Shown: positions 37,235 to 50,552 of the stretch, in pieces | Layout of the letters: each line of letters begins with the position of its first letter | How positions within the stretch are numbered: position 1 is the first letter of the stretch | Source of the DNA: Anolis carolinensis | Taxonomy: Eukaryota | DNA: 64,000 nt | Direction of reading: 5' to 3' | NCBI RefSeq assembly: GCF_035594765.1 | Contig: NC_085846.1 | Coordinates: 84,865,190-84,929,189, forward strand | Translations under genes and position numbers: made by a program | The notes under the pieces: generated by a model | What the model saw: only the letters and a program-made list of their open reading frames with translations | What the model was told of the DNA's origin: nothing | The model's database searches: none

Positions 37235-38349
37235 AGTCCAGCAATTCTGAGCCCAATTGAGTATATTGACTCAGCTGAAGGCAGAAAATATGTTAGGTAT
37301 TTTTTGTATTTTCTTTTTCTGACATTTTTTTCCTGTGAAAGGGAATTAAATATTTTCCAAATCCACAATTCTACATACCTTTGTGTATGGATTAAGTCCC
37401 ATCAAATTCAGTGGCATATGTCTGAGTAGACGAGACATGCACAGGGCTGTTTTTTTATTGTTCCTACTATAATAACTGGGACATTTAAACTCTTAATTGC
37501 TTCTGCTGTGAGTATCACTCTTCCCTCTTTCACTGTGAATATCAAGGAAGAGCAGAATTTCAAACTTTCAAATGAGTTTGCCGAAATACTAATGTTTCAT
37601 TTGATTGACACTATAATTTTAATAAACCACAAGCAACGTTGATGAATTAGACTCTGTGAGACCTACTTCTGTGTTAAATATTTAGAGTTGGGGTCTTAAA
37701 TATCACTCTCAAACACCATTATAATATACTACATGAATGGGTTCTGGTACTTTTCAGTGTTTAGAATTGCAGTCTAAAGTGATTTAATCCTAAAGCCATT
37801 TATTCAAAAGGTTCATGAACTAGGCTTAGCAACACTGCTGTGGCAGCTGTGGATAAAACCATCATGATTTATCTATCATTTTAATTATTTACACATGGTG
37901 GAAGTTCAAATAATATAGGAAAGCGATTCAGGTTTGCATGTCTCCTTTTACTTCTGTATGCTCAGAATTTATTCGATACATTTTTTTGAGGAATTTATAT
38001 AGTCAGTCCTCCACATCGGCTGGGGTTAGGGACACAGGACCCCTGTGCAAGTGAAATCTGTAACTAAATAATTTTTGTTATTTTTTAAACTTGAGAGAAC
38101 ACCTCTCTAGTAATATCTAGATCTTCTAGCACCAGCTTCTGCTAGAAGATGAATACAGAATCACATTGGAAGACACACTTTCCTAGAGAAGTGTTCCTCT
38201 AGAAATCTCTAAGCTGTCCAACATCACTGGAGAAAGGTAAGCATAGAATCACATGGAGGACCTAGAGACTCCCAAGGATAACATTTTAATCAAAATCATG
38301 AATAATCAAATCTGCAAATGTAAGCATGGCAAGTGTGGAGAGATGTAAG

Positions 38350-38412
38350 CATGGCCCCATGTAAGCCGCCCCGAGTCCCCGTTGGGGAGATGGTGGCGGG
38401 GTATAAATAAAG

Positions 38413-38465
<53 letters not shown>

Positions 38466-38491
38466 GTTATTATTATTATTATTATTATTAT
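38350..38491 (+). mobile_element. L2 3' stem-loop fragment with (TAT)n tail
   Basis: Near-identical to 8417 copy. Confidence 0.78.
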
Positions 38492-39802
38492 AGTTGCTAT
38501 CACATGATGCTTTGATCAGTATTTGGAGAACACCAGAAAGTAATTACATATTCTGTATTCTGTAGGAATAAATATATATGAAGACCTTCTACTGATTCAA
38601 ATCAAAGACTTTTCTAGTTCAGCAGACTGTTCTCACACTGCTCAACCAGGGGCCTGTGGGAAGTTCATCAACTCGGTTGTTCACTTGAAGGCTCCTTTCT
38701 CATCAAGGACACATTCACATTACATATTTATAAAGTTATTATTCTACTTCAACTGCCACAATTCTGCCCTGTAGAAGCCTGGGATTGGCAAATTAGGGAG
38801 AAGCATTTAGAATCCTCAGACAGAGTTTGAATGCCACACCAAACGACAACATAATTGTGTAGATGCTCAAATCCCATTATATACAGTTGTGAAGTAAAAT
38901 GGTATTTCTTCTATACAATGGCAAAATCAGTGTTTACTATTTGGACATTTTTTTTGGGTGGGTGGGGGGGATATTTTTGAGCCGTGGATGGTGGAATCCC
39001 TGGATGCAGAATCCGTGGATATGGTGCACTAACTGTAATAAAAGACTGATTTTACAGAAGCATATAACAGTTGCTGAGTTATGAGATGAAGCACTTTAAA
39101 TATTTTAGGAAAGCGTTACATACATGCTTTGCACACTGTGTTCAATGGTCTACTTTTTCTTAGATAGTAGTACCCTGTGCCAAGCAAAGAGAAACTTTAA
39201 AAACAATGACAAAGAAATCCACACTGTTTGAGATAAAGTGTTCATAGTTTTCAAAGGGCACAAGTGTCAGCAACAAGATTGTGGGCAAATTAAAGTTAAA
39301 TAATAAACTGATTAAATGGGGGAAAGAATGAGGTAGAGATGCTACTAGAATGAGGAAGTTTAGAAATATCATTGGGATCAGGGTAACTTCTTCTCGGGAT
39401 CTTCAGTCAGAGCACATACAATGAACAAACAAGTCAGCAGAAGCTTAGAGAATGGTAATAACAACATCTTGATTATCAAGGGCAAAGGGAGAACAACTTG
39501 AAAATGAAAGTTGCGTTCATGGCTTTTTTTTAGTGAACATCATGGTTTATAATGGTATTGCTGATTTTGATATAAGTCAGTGTCGCTCAAAGTGATGGTC
39601 CCTGGACCATTGGCTGCCAATCTGCAGCAGGTTTCCTTGAAAGAAAGAGATGTGGACAAATATGGGACTGGCCCTTGCTAGACTAAGAAAAAAAAATGCT
39701 TGCCCACCAAACCAGACATCCCGAGCACCAATGTTAGCTTTTTAATGCACAATGACCCAGTATTTGTCAACACATAGAACCCTTTGCCAATTATATCCAG
39801 AC

Positions 39803-40027
39803 TGTGTATATGTGCCCTCAAGCTGCCTGTTCTTATGACAACCTCATGAATTTCATAGGGTTTTCTTAGGCAAGTAATATTTAGAGGTTTGCTATTTCCT
39901 TCCTCTGAAATATAGCCTATAGCATCTGGTATTTTTGGTGATCTCCCCACAAAATACTAACCATGACTGATCTTGCTTAGTTTCCAAGATCAGACAGGAT
40001 CTCATGCCTTTAGGGTAGTGCTGTAAA
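39803..40027 (-). mobile_element. 5S rRNA-derived SINE
   Basis: Reverse complement reads GTCTGATCTTGGAAACTAAGCA...GGTTAGTA...TACCAGATGCTATAGGCT (5S) plus body shared with 5458 copy. Confidence 0.82.
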
Positions 40028-40236
40028 GTGCTCTCTGTGAGGTTGCTTTTGAATAAATGTTTACTTTTGCAGAATAAAGCTGCTTAGCTGCTAGTGGGAG
40101 CCAAGTGGTCAGAAAATGTCAGCCCAGCACTGTACCCAGTACCATTACTTTGGTGCCCAATGCCATTCTGGCCATTAAATTTCTAATAGTCGAAGGTCCA
40201 AGTTGTTTAAAGGATCATCTGTGCCCCAACTGTAAC

Positions 40237-40989
40237 TGTTGTAGTTTGGCCTTTGATTGTGCCTGCACTTGTTGTCACTGAGGAAGTGGATCATGGGATT
40301 TCTGGGCCTGTGAGCCAACAGGAGATTTAAAGTCCTCTCTGTCTCCGGTAGCTAGTGAAGGCCACATTCCAGAAAGGGTTGCTGAGAGGCCTTTTGCTAG
40401 GGAAGCAAGGTCAGAGACTGAGCTGAGCTCAGAAGATGAAACCCCAGGTGGACAGGATAATGAGCTAGATAGCAAATTTAGTTTTCGTGGACACAGAGCT
40501 GCCCAGCAGGGTTTGCGAAGGTCACAGTGCTTGTTAGTCAAAAAGCCGTTATCAGTTTTCCAGGGAAGACAGCATGATTTTATGGCTATATTAGAAAAAT
40601 CAGAAGGGTTTTTCAGCAGTGTGATCAACATTGGAGTTTGAGAAGCAACATCCATGGTCAAGTCTTAGCTAGCCTGCTAAAGGATTTTTAGTTTCATGTT
40701 TCATGTTTTCAAGTTTCATTTTTTCAAGTTTCCTGCTTTCAAGTTTCATGCTATCAAGTTGAAGTGATTATTTCTGGATTTCTGTATTGGATTTTTTTGT
40801 GCTGCCTTTTTGTATTTTATACTGGATGTCTTGTTGTCATTTTTAATTTAATACATTTAGACTTTGACATTTTTACTATTTTTGCTGAACTGCTTTTTAT
40901 ATAATCTTCAATAAACTGCTTTGCTGTTTCAACTTGGACTGGAGCGTGGTGGTTAAGTACAGAGGTGCTTCCTGCCAGGGAGTACAACA
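40237..40989 (+). mobile_element. Solo LTR (Gypsy/BEL-like)
   Basis: TGTTGTA...TACAACA; 5-bp TSD GTAAC/GTAAG; AATAAA at ~40910; TTTCAAG/TTTCATG repeats. Confidence 0.8.
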
Positions 40990-41931
40990 GTAAGATCGGT
41001 TCATCTGATGCATACAAAACTCTTCCAATGAGGCATATGGTCTCAGCTCTGAAGAGGGTGGGGGTTTTTTTTTAAGGTTTTCTGCTGGCTTTCTCTTTCA
41101 TTTGAAATCCTGCAAGTAGGCTTCTTTGTGCCATATTTCTATTAACTGAACTATACTATTGTGTAATTATTTCATCTGGATTTCAAGGGGGCATCATCTA
41201 TTTTTTTTATTATTTTATTGTCTGACTGCCTTTGAGTACTTGATTCTTAAAAGGTGGTAGAGAAATACTGTAATTACACACACACACACACACACAACAC
41301 AAGCCCTGACTCCATGGTTGAGTTTCACATTAATTTCAATGAAGGGAGTTCAGCAAATGTTGTTAACACCACTGAAATTAATAGGGAGGTTGGAGGAGGA
41401 CAGAAAGATTCATTAGCAACTACCAGACAGGGCAATTTACTTGCACTCAATCACTTAATAGATGGAAAAGCCATACCTATTTTTATATCAAAGAGGAACC
41501 AGCATTTTTTAACATTCAGAAATACATCAAGTATTTTGTTATATTTCTAACCATCAACAAATAGGTTCCATTTTTCTTTCTGTCTTTTTTAATAGGAATG
41601 CAACCATATAATTTAACATTTACCTTCCAAACAGCCATCTGGCCCTTGTTTCAGCCTATTGTAAAAGCAGTGATATTCTATAGTGACTATTAATTTACAA
41701 ATAATTCTGTAAAATGTGCTGCTTATTTCAATATGCTCTTCACTTCCTAAGAAACTATCAGATTCAGTTATGAGACTGGTGTCATTCCCTTGGGGGAGTC
41801 CCAGATGAATTTTAATTTTCAGGGGGCTTCATGCACCATTTGTTGTTTATTCCTTCGTAACAGTATTATTTCCATTATGATAATAGGATTATGTTCATCA
41901 TAACGTGTTTTCTTCCATAGCGTAATCTCAC

Positions 41932-41969
41932 CTTGTCCCCCAGGAAGACCGAGGACATGAAAGACTTTA
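41932..41969 (-). other. Candidate 38-nt exon (an overlapping plus-strand candidate spans 41921-41981)
   Basis: Minus strand: CTAAC branch-like motif, CCTCTCCTATTAG acceptor, AAG|GTGAGA donor; product not recognised. Confidence 0.2.
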
Positions 41970-42986
41970 CTAATAGGAGAGGTTAGAAATGGAATACAGT
42001 CCTATAACCATCAAAGTTTTTCTATTTAATTTAATTGGGATGTAGTATTTAAAGGGCCAGTGATGGTGAATATAGTATAGATGTTTTAAAACTTAAATTT
42101 TTGATTTGATTTAAAAACATGCCATTCATTTTGCTAAGATGGTACACAAATTAAACACAATGAACTATATAACACAGAAGTATTGTAATATTATGCCATT
42201 TGATCATAATATTAGTGCTGATGTTGATAAGCAAAATGCCTGTACAATACAGCTGTAATTCCAATGTAGCACCTTTTTTGATACTGAACTGATGCATCAT
42301 TTGGTACATCTCATCATGTTCTGTTAGTGTAGCAGATCCTAAGATTGGTCAATTAAAAGAACTGTTGGTTTCAATAGAATGAAACTGGTTAATCTGGGCT
42401 CTGGGCTGTGCTGGAAGTCCATTAGACAAGCAATTTGACATTTTCTAAGGTTTGCCCCTCTGCCAGAAAAACCAGCATTTTCATTGTGGGTATATGTGGC
42501 TGTTATTGAACCAGTTTAAAATCATATTCTTTTGCGAGATTATTGTCTAGTGCCACAAGCCAGTGTCATGCTGGTGCACCAGGCCTTTATTCATATGCAG
42601 GAAACACCATGTGTATGTTTGCACAATTTCTGCATAGTACATAAACAGGACAGTATTATGTAAAGTCAATAAAAGATGAGGAACGTGATATTCCATTGTT
42701 GAGCAATCTAGAATGCAACAAATACACCGTAAGTTACAGTGGTACCCTAAACATAATAAAAACAGTTGCATTTTGCATAGGGTCAGCAAGCCACTGGCAT
42801 TTTGGATTACAGTTTCTACAGTTCCTTACTCTTGGTAATTTTGCTTGGACCTTCTGAAGGCTGAAGTTCATAATGTCTGGAATGACAAAATTTCACAGTC
42901 CTGCCATAAACCATCAGTGGTGGTGGTGGAAGAACCTAACCTTACACGTAACCTTCCCTTAAATACACTGTACATTAGTCTCAGTT

Positions 42987-43133
42987 CATAGAATCATAGA
43001 GTCATAGAGTTGGAAGAGACCTCGTGGATTATCCAGTCCAACTCCCTGCCAAGAAGCAGGAAAATTGCATTCAAAGCACCCCTGATATATGGACATCCAG
43101 CCTCTGTTTAAAAGACTCCAAAGAAGGAGCCTC
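42987..43133 (-). mobile_element. CR1 LINE 3' end
   Basis: CATAGAATCATAGAGTCATAGAGTTGGAAGAGACC octamer-repeat terminus. Confidence 0.88.
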
Positions 43134-43259
43134 ATATATGGATGAGTTATAATTAAAGAGAAGAAAGTGGGATTAACTTGCAGTCATCGTGTTTTTCCCA
43201 TGGACAGTTATATGTGGCATGTTCTAGAGTAGGTTCCCCAAATAATTTGTAATTTCCCC

Positions 43260-43416
43260 TTGATCTGGTCATGTAAGTGTTATTTATTGTTATAATTGTA
43301 TTATTTTACTTTGTTTAATAATGTGTTATTATGTTGTTATGTAATGTTTGTGTTGCTTTTATGACTGTAAACCGCCCTGAGTCCCATCCGGGAGATAGGG
43401 TGGTATATAAATAAAG

Positions 43417-43462
<46 letters not shown>
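43260..43462 (+). mobile_element. L2 3' end with (TAT)n tail
   Basis: TGTAAACCGCCCTGAGTCCCATCCGGGAGATAGGGTGGTATATAAATAAA. Confidence 0.75.
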
Positions 43463-43463
<1 letters not shown>

Positions 43464-45739
43464 GCTCTCTCTCACTCTCCCCTGACTAACCTATATAAAC
43501 CTAACTGTTTATTATGCTGTATAGAACCAAAAGTATTCTACAAGCTGGAGTCGTTATTAATCCGAGAACGTTTGAATTGCTAGAGCAATTTTTGATGGAG
43601 GAAACCACAAGTATTACAAATACAAGCTTGGTACACTGGTACAGGTGTATAATGAGCATGTATAATTAGATGAAAGATACATAATGGTTTGTTGTTGGTT
43701 ACGCATTTACAACAGCTGACGATATGCCTAATGTGTAGTTCACAAATTAAGAAAATTACTTATGGCTCCACTGTTAACCGGGAGGATTCCTTGTGGATTT
43801 CGGTACAAAAACACTGTGTCTTTTTCAAAGTAGATTCCCAGTGCTGTCTGTAATTTAACCTCTAGACTTAGTTTTATTCCAAGGTAATGTTTTTTTTAAA
43901 AATAACTTATGTATTCACAGGTGAAGTGTTTTTAACTGAAAGTATTTAAACACTCACCAGCACAAAAATAAAAGCTTTATTCCAACTGAAATTTAAGTAT
44001 TTAATGTTATCCTTCCTTCCAAAGGCTGTAGAATATTTGTTTTAAACATAGTGCAGTGTTGAATTTTAACTCCACAGACACTTAAAATGAATAGTATGTA
44101 TTTGTTTTTATCTGGGTTTAATGTCAGTTACCAGTTCTCATCCAGTCCACTGCTGATCCCAAAGCAATATTTAGGATTTCCATAGCTTCCCTTGATTCAG
44201 ATTTTAATGAGAAATAAAGTTAGAAACTATGAGTACCCATGTCATCTTGCTCCAAAGATCTAGGAAATCCCATTTGACAGCTTTTTGTAGATGTTACAGA
44301 GTATGACTGACAAGCTAACACCCTGCTGAATCCTATACCCTGCATGTCCAGTTCGAGCACCAGCTTCCAACATCATCTCTCCATGTGGACTCAACACTAT
44401 CACAACTTGATGCTGCCTAATGGCTGCCTTTCAGCAGTGATAATAACGGTTATAATTATGTTCATTATGTTATATCTTAAATAAATTGATTTGCATCAAT
44501 AGGTTTAGTATAAAACCCCGTAGGATGATTTATTGGGTTGTCATAAGAAGCATTTTAGTCTTAAATATTTCCCTTGGCAATGAAGATAACACTATAAACC
44601 TCTCCAAATTATATCCTGATAAAAGTGTATTGCCTAAGTGTGGATACTACTTTAGTAGCAGATGTAAAGTTATCAGGGTTCGATAAGCATTTTTGCATAA
44701 ATTATTGCTTAGGCAAAGTTAATCATTATGTACAGGTGGTATGCCACCTGTTTAATTCAATCTGGAACAAATCAGAATGTGGTGAAGCAAAGTGAAGAAC
44801 ATTTTACAATTAAAGTTGTATTTGTGTATCAGCCAAGTGAGCAACAATAACAATTCCATTCCACTTATGTCCAGAGAGATTTTATGAAGAGTCACACTCA
44901 ACTTCAGCTACATCTTTATACCTAACTTTGGCAGTATAGTTACAGTGAGAGTGACAGATGGTATCCACCCTTGCATATTAAAAATGCTGTTGGCATCATA
45001 AATAAAAGGAATTTAATGACGTGTGATATTTTAGACTGAATTCTAGAGAAATGTGAAGCTAGCGTCATCAATAATTACTAATATAATTAAAGGTCTGTAA
45101 AAAAGCCAACTTATATTTGGATTGGGATTATTATCAAATAAACATTTTTTTCTTCATACTAAATCAGATTCTTGTTATTGTGACTGTCAGGCTATGCAGA
45201 GACACCAGTTTGCTCATTTTTAATATGCAGTTTAGTAGCATAATGACTAATTTGATTTTGCTAATGTACATAATATAAGTAAATGGCAACCCAGTAGGCA
45301 TGAGAAAAAAGACAATGAGAATTTGGAACATATCTCCAGTACCAAATATGAGGTAGAATAATGTCTTGGAAAAAAAATGACCATGTATGTAAAATCTGTT
45401 GATATAACATCAAAATAATTTGGCTTGTGCACAGAAAATAATATACACAATCCACCTCATTAGCTCAGAAGTGGAGCTTACTTTGAGAAAAAAGTGGGAT
45501 ATCAATTCAATAAATAAAAAATAGTTCAAGTTGATTTATATCCCCCCACTTTGGCATCTGTATGCTACTATCTACCAGAGTGGGTCCCAAGGCATTTTTT
45601 TACATTTCACTCCAGATGTGAGGTAAAGCCTCACTTTATTTATTCTACCAAGGGCTAGATGTCTTGGGGCAGCTCCAGGCAGGCAATAAAATCCAGTTCA
45701 GATCCATCTTATGGTTAGGTAACTACAAAACATAAACCC

Positions 45740-46517
45740 CTGGCAGTGCATAGGGTGCATACATATTGGCAGTGCATGGGGCGCAGACCCATAATAAGAA
45801 CATCAGCCCTGGCCTTGTCTTACTCAACTGCTGAGTACGCCTCTGGCACATGTCTGCCCATGTGAAGCAGGTGGACATGGCACTAAATGAAACATGCGGA
45901 ATAATCACAGGATGCCTTAAACCTACACCTGTTGATAAACTTTACAAGTTAGCTGGCATTGTCCCACCTGATGTGCGATGGGAAGTTGCTGCTAACTGTG
46001 AGAGAAATAAGGTCGAACATTGTGAAAGCCATCCACTGCATGACTATCAGCCTCCTCCCAGTAGACTCAAATCAAGGAAAAGCTTCATGAGAACCACCAC
46101 TCCTCTTAATGTTCCTCCAGCAACAGCAAGAGTATCCCTTTGGGCAGCTAAACCAGGCAATTCCAACTGAATGGCCCCCCATGAGGGTCTGCCTCCGGGG
46201 CAAACCAAGAATGGACAACTTGGAAGTCCCTAAATAGACTGAGAAGTGGAGTGGGCATATCAAAAGACAACTTGGCAAGATGGCACTACCTGGAGGAATC
46301 CTCCACCTTGTGTGACTGTGGAGCAGAACAAACAATTCTGTATATGTATGCATACCCACAATGTCCTGCCTCATGTACGGAGGAGTTGTTTAAAGCTACG
46401 GACAATGCGGTCGCTGTTGCCCTGTTTAGTCTAAAACTGTCTAGCTGTTTGCGATTCCTTTATTTTATCACTTTTAAACTTATTTATTATGCAATGCTTT
46501 TGTCACAAAATAATAAA
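45740..46517 (+). mobile_element. Vingi (Ingi/I-group) LINE, 5'-truncated
   Basis: WGADP..RTSALALSYSTAEYA, VDMALNETCGIITGCLKPTP, RLKSRKSF, C-terminal CDCG zinc-finger remnant; A-rich tail; probable TSD TAAACCCC/TACACCCC. Confidence 0.88.
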
Positions 46518-49098
46518 TACACCCCAATGTGCACTGCAACATGCATCCAGCTGAAAACAGTGTATTAAAAAACTCACTGAAGACTCCTAACAAGCCATAA
46601 AATCCACTGCATCCAATCACTAGCCAAAGTAGAGCTGGAATCTGAGACCAAAATGTGGAGCACTTATCAGTGCAGGGTTAGTGTTGAAGCATTTAGAAGA
46701 AGAAACTTGAAACACAAACACCTCCTGCTTGAAGGGGAAACCATAACATTTCCATGGAAATGCTCACTTTCCCTTTGGAATGCCCTATTTTGCTCAGTGC
46801 TGATTCTTATTGGACAGGCCGTTGCCTACCAGTACATCCTGATGGATGATGTAAAATTCCCCCCCCCCCCCCCTTCACCCTCAGCTTTTGGATTGATCAT
46901 CAATCAGCAGATCTTTGTGGCCACCATCCAAGCCTCCAGCTGGTTCCTGGGATACCTATGTAGGGAACTGCATCTCTTTAATCCACATCCTGACTCCGTT
47001 TAAATGGTTGTGTAGAAATGCCCTTAGTATGGAATAGCACAGAAAAATCAATTAATACATTTTAACCTTGAGTGTTAAATAATTAGCTTGAATTGAAAAG
47101 TATGTTGGCTACTTTTGTGAGGATGGAGTGTGAAAGATTTCAGACAAATGAATGCCTACATTTTTTGTACATACTCTGAGATATATTCTACTTTAAACAT
47201 TGACAACTGGGGAAGCTTGTTTCTATCCAGTGTGTGTATGAGCACGATCTACCAGGTATCAGGCCAGTTATATCTCTTTAGTTCCAGCTTCTGCTGCCCT
47301 TTCAATCCTGAGTTTTTGCCATATAGCAGCCCAAACCTTCAGCTAACTCAGAATGTAACTCTTTTATGCTGTCCTCTCTTTCTATATTATTCTGCTACCT
47401 TTCATTCTTGCCAGTCTGATATCTCTTATTGCCCTTGCTATCAAACCCACCGATCACTCTCTCTCTCCCTTCTCTCTCTTTGGAGATTAGTTAACTGTGT
47501 AGTCATGGAATTATGCCTTAGTTGTGCAAAATTACCTTGTTAGACAATTGCAACATTGCACAACCAAAGGGCAACCCAAAATGCACAACCATGGAATCCA
47601 TAAATAGCACTCAATGAATAATGAGGCACAATAGTATTGCAAAGGAACTCGGTTTTTGTAATCTTCAACTGAATATGGCTTTTCATCATTCACCAAAATG
47701 TCCATATGCAATAGGAGACTTTCACATGTGTAACATATCAACCTGATAACAGCAAGCTATGCATAACTGCTACACAATTATAGCACTTTGACTCCTCAAT
47801 AACTGTCATGTTAACATCTTATGGAATCCTAAACTCTGAAATTTTGTGAGGCACTAGGACTCTCTGGCTGAGAATTTCTAAATACAGTTCCTAAACTTCC
47901 AATCCCAGAATTTCCCAGTATATTACCATGGCAGTTAAAGCAGAATTATAGGAGTAGAGTTGTGTCAGATGAATGGGTCTCGAATTGTTAATAGACACTC
48001 CAAGGTCACACAATAAACACAATGTGCTGGAAAAAGTTGGTTTTAAGGCTTTAGATTGCTTTGTTTGTTCAAGGTTCAGGTCTCCTTTGTTAATCTGGAA
48101 TTTATCCCCTTTCTAGGAAAGCCTACAAATCTAAGCAGTTTTGGAAATCTCTTGAAAAATGTAGGTGTAGGATCATATTCTCATTACTAAAAAAGTAACT
48201 TATTACTAAATATGGGAAAGAGAATAGGGTTAAGTATAATAAAATTATTAAATATTTAGGAACATGTCACCCCTTATGGAATAATAAAGCTTGGAATTAT
48301 AATATACATATTACGAAACTCCTTTGTTCAAGCCACTTCATCTGGTTTGAGATGGCACAGCTCCATGACCTCCATGTTAACTTCAACTTGGGACAGCACA
48401 AATTGAGACCAACAAAATGACAAAACCTGCCTAAAATTTCACAAGTTAATAACAACATTAAATATCTGTGCTGTGAGGTGACTCAAACCAATTAGAATTG
48501 TATAAATCATAAATGATCTTGTGCAGCAAATTAGAATGATCTCTCTATTAACAAACTAAGAATAGCAACAAAGCGAGGCAGAATAGGCAAAAGAACAAAC
48601 ATTTGCCAGGAAAGTTTGAGCTAAGAAAAAAATTGTGCTTCCTTAAATCTACCTCACCAGTCTTTCCTGGAAAGGCGATATTCTCAGTCTTGATTTATTG
48701 TTATTAGCTCATTTGTTTTGATGTTTTGGAGTAGTTCACTGCTGAAGATCCTCGAAAGACTATCTCAGATAAACTTGGAATGAGTATTTGTTGTGTTTAG
48801 AAGAAGCTATATCAAATTATAGTTGAGATTTTGTCTTTTCATGTTATCCAAGTTATATCCCTTTGGTTGAAACCAAGCACTGCATAGGATGAAATGCTTA
48901 GATTTCTGGCTAAAATCATGCAAAATGAAGACCACAACCCCATGCTTGAAATAATCACTACTAAATACAATAGGTTCCATTTCTAAGTGAAACTTATAGC
49001 CTTGCCCTATAAGTTTCATAGTAAACTCTAGAGCATACGTACAGTTGGCCCTCGGTATCCAGTGATTTGTTTCCAGGTCCTCCTGTGGGTATAGCACA

Positions 49099-49170
49099 GT
49101 GGGTATAACTCAGTGGTAGAGCATTTGACTGCAGATCAAGAGGTTCCTGGTTTAAATCTGGGTGCCACCT
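49099..49170 (+). pseudogene. tRNA-Cys(GCA) pseudogene
   Basis: 72 nt matching vertebrate tRNA-Cys (CTCAGTGGTAGAGCATTTGACTGCAGATCAAGAGG) with ~7 substitutions, including T-loop TTC>TTT and acceptor-stem mismatches; no oligo-T terminator directly after; lies inside a MITE. Confidence 0.85.
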
Positions 49171-49182
49171 CAATGAATTTTT

Positions 49183-49510
49183 GGAGCCTCTGGTGACACA
49201 ACAGGTTGAACCACTGAGCTGCTGAACTTGCTGACCGTAAGGTTGGTGGTTCAAATCCAGGGAGTGGGGTGAGCTCCTGCTGTTAACCCTAGCTTCTGCC
49301 AACCTAGCAGTTCGAAAACATGCAAATGTGAGTAGATCAATAGGTACTGTTCCGGTGGGAAGTGCTCCATGCAGTCATGGCAGCCACATGACCTTGGAGG
49401 TGTCTACAGACAATACTGGTTATTTGGCTTAGAAACTGAGATGAGCACCAAACCCCAGAGCTGGACACAACTAGACTTAATGTCAGGGGAAAACCTTAAC
49501 CTTTTTACCC
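49183..49510 (+). mobile_element. Sauria SINE, full length
   Basis: GGAGCC head, B box GGTTCAAATCC, ACCTT tail. Confidence 0.93.
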
Positions 49511-50552
49511 CTTGGTAACAAAATCAGTGAACTCTCAAGTTCTATTATATGCAATAGCATATTAAAATTGTATGTCTTTTTATAAAATTGTGTTTGCTTT
49601 TTGGATTTTTTTATTTTAAAATGCAATGGATGGTTGGATTAATAGATGTGGAATTTATGGATACGGAGGGTTGTCTATGGAGGGGGAATGTGGTAGAGTA
49701 TTTAGAACTTGCCTACTCGATTGCTTTCTTGGTGCAACCTATTTCTCCATCACTGCTTCTTGTCTAAATATTAGCAGGTGAGTTTACTTGCTTATTCACA
49801 GATAACCAGAGCGTGCTTCCCCTGAAATGGTCATTTATCATGGAGACCTGTTTAATTGAAATCACAAATGTGACTAAGTTCCCACTATGATGTGATCTGA
49901 CATAAATGATCATAGGAAAAAAATAGCCTCTCTGCTGATCCCCACTATCTTACATCTCAACTTGCTGCAAGATTGAAGCAAACTGCACCAATTTACTGCT
50001 CCCAACTGCATGATAATGGACACTTTGTGGTGCACTCTCCCTTAATTACTGTACAGGTCAGGGCTGTTAACAAGGGGCTCTTGCCACTTTTGACAGATAG
50101 TCACTACCAAGATGAATGGCACTAGCCACATGACCACTTAAGACTCTGCTTTCACTTTCCAGCACCTTTAGAGCACTTACTTAAAAACAGAAAAACAATC
50201 ACCCTCAGCTTATTTTTAACCCCTTCCTAACTAGGAGGGATTGGTAGAATCAGCTGAAATTGATCTCAAATATATATATATTTAAAAATTAGTTGAACGG
50301 AAAACTTCAAATACAACCCTATATTGTTTAAATGGTGAGATTAAAACACATTTAATATTATCTTAGAATTACTTAATAATTCAATGACTTTAAATAAGAG
50401 CAGGATGTCATGTTAATGTAGCTCCACCATTTCTTTGAGGGGAAAGCTTAGTTTTTAACAGGATTATGCTACTGACTCTGTGGTTAAAAGGGGAAATATG
50501 TTGGGTTATCTAGCAATCATGCATGCATTTTCAATATGGGATGGTTTATGTA

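Larger units (their letters stand above)
49041..49677. mobile_element. Tigger/MER2-like MITE hosting the tRNA pseudogene and SINE
   Basis: TA-CAGTTGGCCCTCGGTATCCA ... TGGATACGGAGGGTTGTCTA; related right end at ~38862-39036. Confidence 0.7.

Noticed and set aside
36975-37368. Poly-His and poly-Ser ORFs (also poly-Ile at 38306-38503)
   Set aside because: Translations of trinucleotide microsatellites
40275-40661. 128-aa minus-strand ORF
   Set aside because: Antisense shadow of the plus-strand LTR frame; no recognisable domain
49099-49170. Functional tRNA-Cys gene
   Set aside because: B-box/T-loop C>T, D-stem and acceptor-stem mismatches; located inside a MITE
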